Shown here: positions 57,889-64,000 of the stretch, in pieces | How the letters are laid out: the number at the start of each line of letters is the position of its first letter | Numbering within the stretch: position 1 is the first letter of the stretch | Assembly (NCBI GenBank): GCA_043228905.1 | Contig: JBHGNT010000011.1 | Span: 2,976,001-3,040,000, forward strand | Origin: Azolla caroliniana | Taxonomy: Eukaryota > Plantae > Polypodiophyta | Length of the DNA stretch: 64,000 nucleotides | Reading direction: 5' to 3' | Position numbers and translations under genes: made by a program | The notes under the pieces: model-generated | Databases searched by the model: none | What the model was told of the DNA's origin: nothing | The model's input: the letters and a program-made list of their open reading frames with translations, nothing else

Positions 57889-60800
57889 TTTCTGTGTTAC
57901 CGTCGCTCTGATACCAGTTTGTTGAAATTCCGTGCTCGGCCACAACCGAGGAACAGGATCGATTCGCAGAAAACGGGAAATACAAGAATGCACGAAGAAC
58001 AACAGAGAGAAGAGCACACAGGATGTTTACGTGGAAAACCCTAAATGGGAAAAAAACCACGGGAGTCCTCTAACTCCAACTATCACTATACACAGAGATG
58101 TACAATGGTGAGGCTACAAGGCAACAACCTTGAGCTCGCTGTCCTCGCCACAGGCGGCGGTATTACACAGAGGCGTCGACCTCTTCCTTCCTCTTTCTCT
58201 CTCTCACTCTCGCTCGGCTGCTCTCACTTCGCTCCCTCTTCGTGGAAAACAGAAAATGAGCAACAACATCAAACTGTTTGCCCTAAGTCATATTTATACA
58301 CATATGACTTTTGGGCTATTTACAAATATAGCCTCAAGGGCTCTTGGCAAACATATTCACAAATATGTCCCCGCATCCGGATCTCTCTCCGGGTACATTC
58401 GTCATCCGGCTCCGTAACCGGGGTCTTCAGCATCCGGCTCCGTAACCGGGGTCTTCATCATCCGGCTCCGTAACCGGGGTCTTCATCATCCGGCTCCGTA
58501 ACCGGGGTCTTCATCATCCGGCTCCGTAACCGCAACCGGGCTTGCCGTCATTCATCTCCGGACATCCCATCCGGAGGGACCGAAATCCCAACAGGTTTTA
58601 CAAAATGGATGACACCAGCATCCAAACCCTCCGTGAAGACTTGATTGAGGAATATCATACCTTAGCAACATCCCACACCGTGGCCTTCGAGCAACTTCTA
58701 GAGGAATTCAACAACGATCTAATGGTGTTTCGTTTAGAAGCCAAAGCTTACGAGGAGGAACGCCTAGCTACTGGGACTAACAGAGCTCCCATGACCAATG
58801 AGCAAGAACCCGAGCCACCCACAACGGAAGCTAGATAGGAGGAACCTGCCCCTACAGATCCCCACATCCCAACCGAGCCACAAACTACAACAGAGAGCAG
58901 CACACAGGATGACACAGCCATCCCCGACTCGGCAACAAAACCTCCACCACCAACCCCACCTTTTGAGCAGCCAGACCAACCCCACGCCCCCGAGGATATC
59001 CTCGGCATATTAGAAGAGGAGTAAAATAAACCCATAAGCCCTTGTATAAATGAGAAACTTTTGTAATTTGTTTTGTTTTTGCCAAACCCGTGGTTATCCC
59101 TCCACATTGTGAACCATGGGTCTGACGGACAAAGTCTTGTCCCATAGGCGTGCCAGGTGTTGTCCATAGGTCAGAAATATAAATACATTATGTAAACTCG
59201 CCGGTAGGTAGAATAGTAGGTGAGGAAATAGGTAGAACTAGAAATAGTCGAGTTTTTAGCCCTCACAATCAGCCGATGGCTTGGCTCTATCTAAAGAGGA
59301 AAACTATATAAACCAAGATCTACATACCTCAATGGGGGAATTATCCAGAACATTTTAGCAAGATTAATAGCGTAGCATTGAGCTCTGCACAAACTGTTTC
59401 CGGCCAAGAGCCGTGTACTGTAATCACTGTGAGCTTTGTCATTTAATATAAGTTCCACTCTTACTATTCTTTTATCTGTGTATTCTCCCCGTACTCGTAA
59501 ACCGAGCTACGTTTATGCCTAACGGGTTCTAGCCCGTGTACGCTCCTCGTTCTTCTATCGTCTTCTCAGTGTAGAAGAGGCTTCCACGTAACACGATCCC
59601 TTGATACCGATAGCCTGTGAGCTCATCGAAGGTGTTTTCCCCAGAAACGGGTAACATGGTCTTCATTCAAACTAACTTTCACTAGTATGAAAACAAGTTC
59701 ACCTTGTTCTGGATGGTTTCAATTGTCATTTTGATGTTGTGTGTGATATGCATATAGGAGAAAAGTGTTTGAAATTTGAGTTTATGATAGGTTAGTATTA
59801 TGATCAAAGAGGTAGCAAGGACCAATTGAATGTTCTCAAATCAATTTAAAAAAGATATAGCTCAATTGATAAGAGCTAACTCTTGGGATAATAAGATGTA
59901 AGGAACTCGAACCAAAATTTTAAAGGAAAAGGGATTGAAGGTGCTCATTTTCAAGCTTGGACAATTATCTCATTGGATGAGGAACTACAACCCTAACAAG
60001 CCAAGTTAGAGGATTAGATGCTTGCCTAAAAGCATTAAAAGGGAACCTAGAACTTTATGGGGCTGAGTTAAAGGATTAGAAACCCTCTTCATAGCATTCT
60101 TCGAGAAGTTGGGACTTCAACAAGTTGAGTTTGGCACACTGGAAGCTTGTGTGAAACCATCAAACGAGAACTTCTATTTTTAACATGTCAAGGTTGAAGA
60201 TTTGAAACTCTCCTCAAACTAACAAATGAAAACATAACACTTCAATAGGTCAATTCCAAGGATTAGAAACTCTCGGAAAATAATCAAGTGAAAACCTAGA
60301 GCTGAAACGGGTAGAGTCACAAAATTAAAAGTGTTGGGCTACAAAGAGCTCTCCTCATAAGATTGGAGTTGACTTCAAGACCTTGAGGTGAAGGATTATA
60401 AGCTTGTCTTCAGAACATCTGCTCCGAGTATTAGGAGGTCTTCTTCAGAGAATCGAATGAGGACTTGGAATTGTAACGAGGCGAACCAAACGATTTAGAA
60501 GATCTTTGAAAAGGGCAGCAAACAAAAGATCAGATAATTAGAAGAGGCGAAGCCTCGTGCTTAGTTAGAGAGATCAGACAAGTATTCGGGGCTTTAGCAG
60601 GCTTGACTTGGGTCTGGCTTTACTTTTTTTGACTCTTCTAGGCATTGACCCCACCTTGACTTGACTTGGATTGACTTGACTTGACCAAACCAAATTGAGT
60701 CTTCATGCTTTCTAAAATCTATAAGTTTGAAGCTTTTCTTTTTTACTTGGTCCACTTAGTTTGCGTTTGCGTTTGCGTTTGCGTTTTGTTCTTCTCCATC

Positions 60801-61984
60801 AAAACTCGAAAGCGATCAGAAGAACAACTCTTGTGGTTAGGGCAAATCAACGCAGGGCTTCTTCTTCTCTGTCTCTGAAAAGGTATTTCTTTCTCCCTAC
60901 CCGCTGTCTCTTCTTTCATTATCTGAAATTTCCATGGTTTCTTCGGATCTACGGAAGATCTTCCCAGAAATTGGGTTTCCTTCATAAAAACAGGGTACCC
61001 GAGATCTTCATAGCTATAACTCTGTTATTTCTCGGCAAAATCCCTGTGGATTTTAGAATTGACCCCTTAATTCCTGTTGATATTGGCAAAAGGATGAGAA
61101 ATCTCATAGGTTTTAGGTTAAATCTGTGAAACGAGATCCTCTGGTTCTCCTTCTTAAACATGGTCTTGAACCTTCTCTGGTCTCTGCTTGAGTTTTTTCA
61201 ATGTATTATTCCCTTTATTATCTGTGGAGGGTCTTGACTAGTGATAGCCTTCTTCTTGGCTTTCTAATTATTTATTATATGGACAATTCCCCTTTTTAAT
61301 GAAGGTTCTTGACTATTGACCACGGTGTTCTTGACTATTCCCTTTTTAAAAATGTCGGGGTTCCTTATGATTCCCTTAGCCATTTAGGATCTTGGACTCT
61401 TAATTTGATATAATATTGACTTTTGCTATGTATGGGTCCTGATTATTCCCTCTGATGAAGAGTATTGAATCTTGACCAACTTCTTGATTGATTCTTGACC
61501 AAATTTTGTCTGGCTTCTAGTATGTCTGGGATCAGATTGCCCCACTCTGATGCAAGTTCTTGCGCGACTTCGGCATTCTTCCTTTGTATAAAGTGATATG
61601 CTGATGCTGAGCATGGATTTGGATTGGGATGAGATTCGGCCATAGTCATATTGTGATGATATATAGTTAAAATTTTCTTTTTATAGGCTTTTGACTATGT
61701 AGCAATCTAGAGAGGGATGTATATAGTTTGATTTTTCCTTCATTTTGAGGTTTCAGCCATAGCCCAGTATGGTAGTATTGGGATTAGTAAGGGATCCATT
61801 TGCTATTCGTGGCAACTGAGGTGAATTTAATTCCTCCCAACCTTTGCCTTAAAGAGGAAGGGCTGGAACCACTGGGCCAATACAGTGCAGTAAGTTCAAG
61901 GCAAGTGGAATTATTAAGGGCAACAGTGATTTGCATCTAACCAGTTATTCTTTATGTCTGGTTGTAGAGCAAAATAAGCGATAA

Positions 61985-62575
61985 ATGTCATCAAGAATGC
62001 ATTCGAAACCTGGGCGGGGATGGGAGAGGGGTTCTTCAGGCAGTAGAAGATACCCTGGAGGAGAAAGAGGTCCATCCCCACCGAAAGAGCATTTTCGTCG
62101 AAGAGATATAGGAGTCTCTCCTGAAAGATCAAAGAGAGGTAAATGGGAATCATCATCACCATCAAAGAAGAATCACATCATTGGGTCACCGAGTCGAATA
62201 TCACAAAGAAGGGGTTTTGACATACCTCCGAGATCATCATTCGGAAGGGAGGCGAGCTCACCAAAAACAAGGAGCAGCTTCTTCAATGGTGATGAGTTTC
62301 GTGTCAATTCCTCTCGTCAGGAAGGGCGCAGAGAAGGGCCAGGATTAGTCTTTCTATGCAACTCTTCGACAATGAGGGATTGCTTCCATTTTCGTGTTTT
62401 GGGTCTTCCCATAGCTCAACAAGACATTGTGAAACGAGTTGTTCCTGGAACAAAACTATTCTTGTTTAATGTCGAATTAAAGGAGCTGTATGGTGTGTTT
62501 GAGGCGGCGTCACATGGTGGAGTAAATCTCGTACCAGAGGCGTTTCAAGGTTCCAGAGAAGCGTACACTGCCCAG
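61985..62575 (+). CDS. DCD (development and cell death) domain protein, coding exon 1
   Basis: Arg/Ser-rich N-terminus then GLVFLCNSSTMRDCF..LGLP..VVPGTKLFLFN..LYGVFEAASHGG.NL.PEAF..AQ; GT donor at 62576, phase 0. Confidence 0.9.
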
Positions 62576-62727
62576 GTCATTACTTCTCTCTTGGTTATAT
62601 CGGTCCTTTTTTTTCTTTTGTATAAATAGTACAAGAATGCAGTTGTCTCCATGTCATGTCTATGTCATATGAACTCCAGTCTTCTTAGTGTAATGTCCTA
62701 TTGTGGGTATTGTATAACAGAAAATAA

Positions 62728-62930
62728 TTAAGGGCAAACATCAGCCCCCCCCCCCCCCCCTAACATTCCGTATAATTGATTAGAATACCCCTAAGTTTTC
62801 AAATACTACAAGAATTCTGTATGTAATATATATTGCTTTCTAGAGGAGGGTATTCTGATCATTTATAAAAATTTAAGGGTGATATAGTAAATATTCAATC
62901 TCTTTGGGGTACTTTGGTGTCTTCACCTAA
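62728..62930. mobile_element. Possible degenerate MITE in the intron
   Basis: Inverted pair TGATTAGAATACCCCT / AGGGGTATTCTGATCA and weak outer TIRs bounded by TTA/TAA. Confidence 0.4.
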
Positions 62931-62998
62931 AAATAAGAAAACTCATCATGAAGCAAATTATGACATATCGATGCCTGTTCTGTCTTGTGTCACACCAG

Positions 62999-63115
62999 GT
63001 ACGATTCTCTATATTTAGGGATTGTTTGCCATTGGCTGACCACAAAACCCGAGATGTGCTTAAAGATAACTTTAGTCTGAAGGGAAAGTTTGACTGTCAG
63101 CTCTCAGCCAATCAG
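62999..63115 (+). CDS. DCD domain protein, coding exon 2
   Basis: AG|VRFSIFRDCLPLADHKTRDVLKDNFSLKGKFDCQLSANQ|GT continues the DCD domain. Confidence 0.88.
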
Positions 63116-63220
63116 GTATAAAATTCAACTGGAAAATTTGGCTAGGATTATTATTATTGGCCAGGCTAGATTCGAGTCACGAATTATTGGTTCTAACCCT
63201 TCAAATACTTCTTTATTCAG

Positions 63221-64000
63221 GTAGATAGAATTATAGAGTTATTTTCACAAACTGAGAGCCGTCTGCCTCAACAACACATGGAAAGACCAAGTTTAGAGGG
63301 GGTTTATATGCCCACATCGTATTTACACGAGAATCTGTTTCCTGAATCTCACCTTCTTATAAACAAGTCTTTGGCAGATGCTGTTCGTGCTGATCCAGGT
63401 GCAGTATTAGCACACGGTGTAATAGATGAAGTGGATCAATTAGCATTTAAGTATCTACAAAATGATCCTGGATATGCTGCAATTCGACTAGATCCGGTGA
63501 ATACAAGCTTGTTATCGACATCTTCGAGAAAACGATCCATGGACCAAAATTTTCCAGGTTCTAATTTGCACCCACAATTCGGGTCATTTCCAGACTCAAG
63601 GATATCTTTAACAGATAAAAATGAGAAGGATAATAACTTGAATAATGATGGAGGAAGAACTTTAAATGAGGGTCTATCGAGTTCTAATTCTAATGAAAGA
63701 GGGTTGCTACGGCATCCTGGAATGCCACCGCATCAACTCAGCGGTGGTATGTATAATGGGCCTGTGCCAGGCCCCATCTCTGGCTCTGGTGGTGACCCCC
63801 TTATACCTTTCCATGGCATGCAAGGACATCCCCATATGATTCGGCCACCCCCAATATCAATGAATATGAACCAGACATTGATAGAGAACAATCAACGACG
63901 GGGAAAAAACCTGAGTAACCACATTCATGTCAGCAACCGACATGGTGGTAATCGTCATCAAGGGAAGTCAATGAAAAATAAGCCCAAATTTCCTCCTACT
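63221..64000 (+). CDS. DCD domain protein, coding exon 3 (runs off the window)
   Basis: TTATTCAG|VDRIIELF ends the domain; the frame continues as a Gly/Pro/Asn/His-rich region. Confidence 0.82.

Larger units (their letters stand above)
53128..58593 (-). mobile_element. Young intact Ty1/copia element; 674-bp LTRs 53128-53801 and 57920-58593
   Basis: TSD GGTTT; PBS TGGTATCAGAGC; PPT GAAGGGGGAG; only one LTR difference noticed. Confidence 0.97.
50532..59012 (+). pseudogene. Element E extra 3' ORF (50532-53127 + 58599-59012), decayed, interrupted by a copia
   Basis: Long near-open sense frame after integrase: globular N-terminal part (..YERDKIDWGII..), Pro-rich linker, long Gln/Glu/Ala coiled-coil-like stretch. 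Confidence 0.65.
31567..59656 (+). mobile_element. Large non-chromovirus Ty3/gypsy element E; 5' LTR 31567-31951 + 37485-37598, 3' LTR 59158-59656
   Basis: TGTT...AACA LTRs; 5-bp TSD TGGTC (31562-31566 / 59657-59661); PBS TGGCACGCCGGGTGGGA (37604-37620, tRNA-Arg-like); three nested elements. Confidence 0.93.

Noticed and set aside
57889-58017. N-terminal extension of the 1401-aa copia ORF
   Set aside because: It starts at a non-ATG codon in the LTR and crosses the PBS; the real start is likely 57888.
59012-59030. AGAAGAGGAGTAAAA as the PPT of element E, with the LTR starting near 59027
   Set aside because: LTR alignment and the TGGTC TSD fix the LTR start at 59158, about 130 bp downstream; a displaced-PPT role cannot be fully excluded.
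59900-60420. Recurring AGGATTAGAAAC-like motifs upstream of the DCD gene
   Set aside because: Too degenerate and irregular to define a unit or element by eye.
62576-62629. Hydrophobic C-terminal tail of the 214-aa ORF
   Set aside because: Read-through into the intron; splicing at 62575 continues the DCD domain.

Overview
This is plant nuclear DNA, very probably from a seed-free vascular plant and most likely a fern (inferred from an organellar insert with a native mitochondrial trnW, a bacterial-type trnR(UCG) and a petD that needs both C-to-U and U-to-C editing). About 58 kb is a deep nest of retrotransposons. From the left: a Penelope-like element end with a minimal hammerhead ribozyme (1.6 kb), a decayed Tcn1-type chromovirus with an inverted RT segment, and an old copia split by a 23-kb Ty3/gypsy element. 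That gypsy element holds a mixed mitochondrial/plastid insertion and three further members of its own lineage. Next is a 28-kb non-chromovirus gypsy (TSD TGGTC) carrying two very young copia elements and another gypsy. The only host gene is a spliced DCD-domain gene starting at 61985 and running off the right edge. The most novel-looking signals are: (i) a tRNA-Trp-primed gypsy lineage whose five insertions all sit at CpG-centred 4-bp targets, with a shared palindromic-loop hairpin before the PPT, a gag-pro/pol -1 frameshift pseudoknot and a gag-only non-autonomous partner; (ii) a gypsy element with a tRNA-3'-end mimic in place of a PPT; (iii) tRNA-derived Pol III boxes and heat-shock elements inside LTRs; (iv) the Penelope-type hammerhead. 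All calls were made by eye; no database searches were run.
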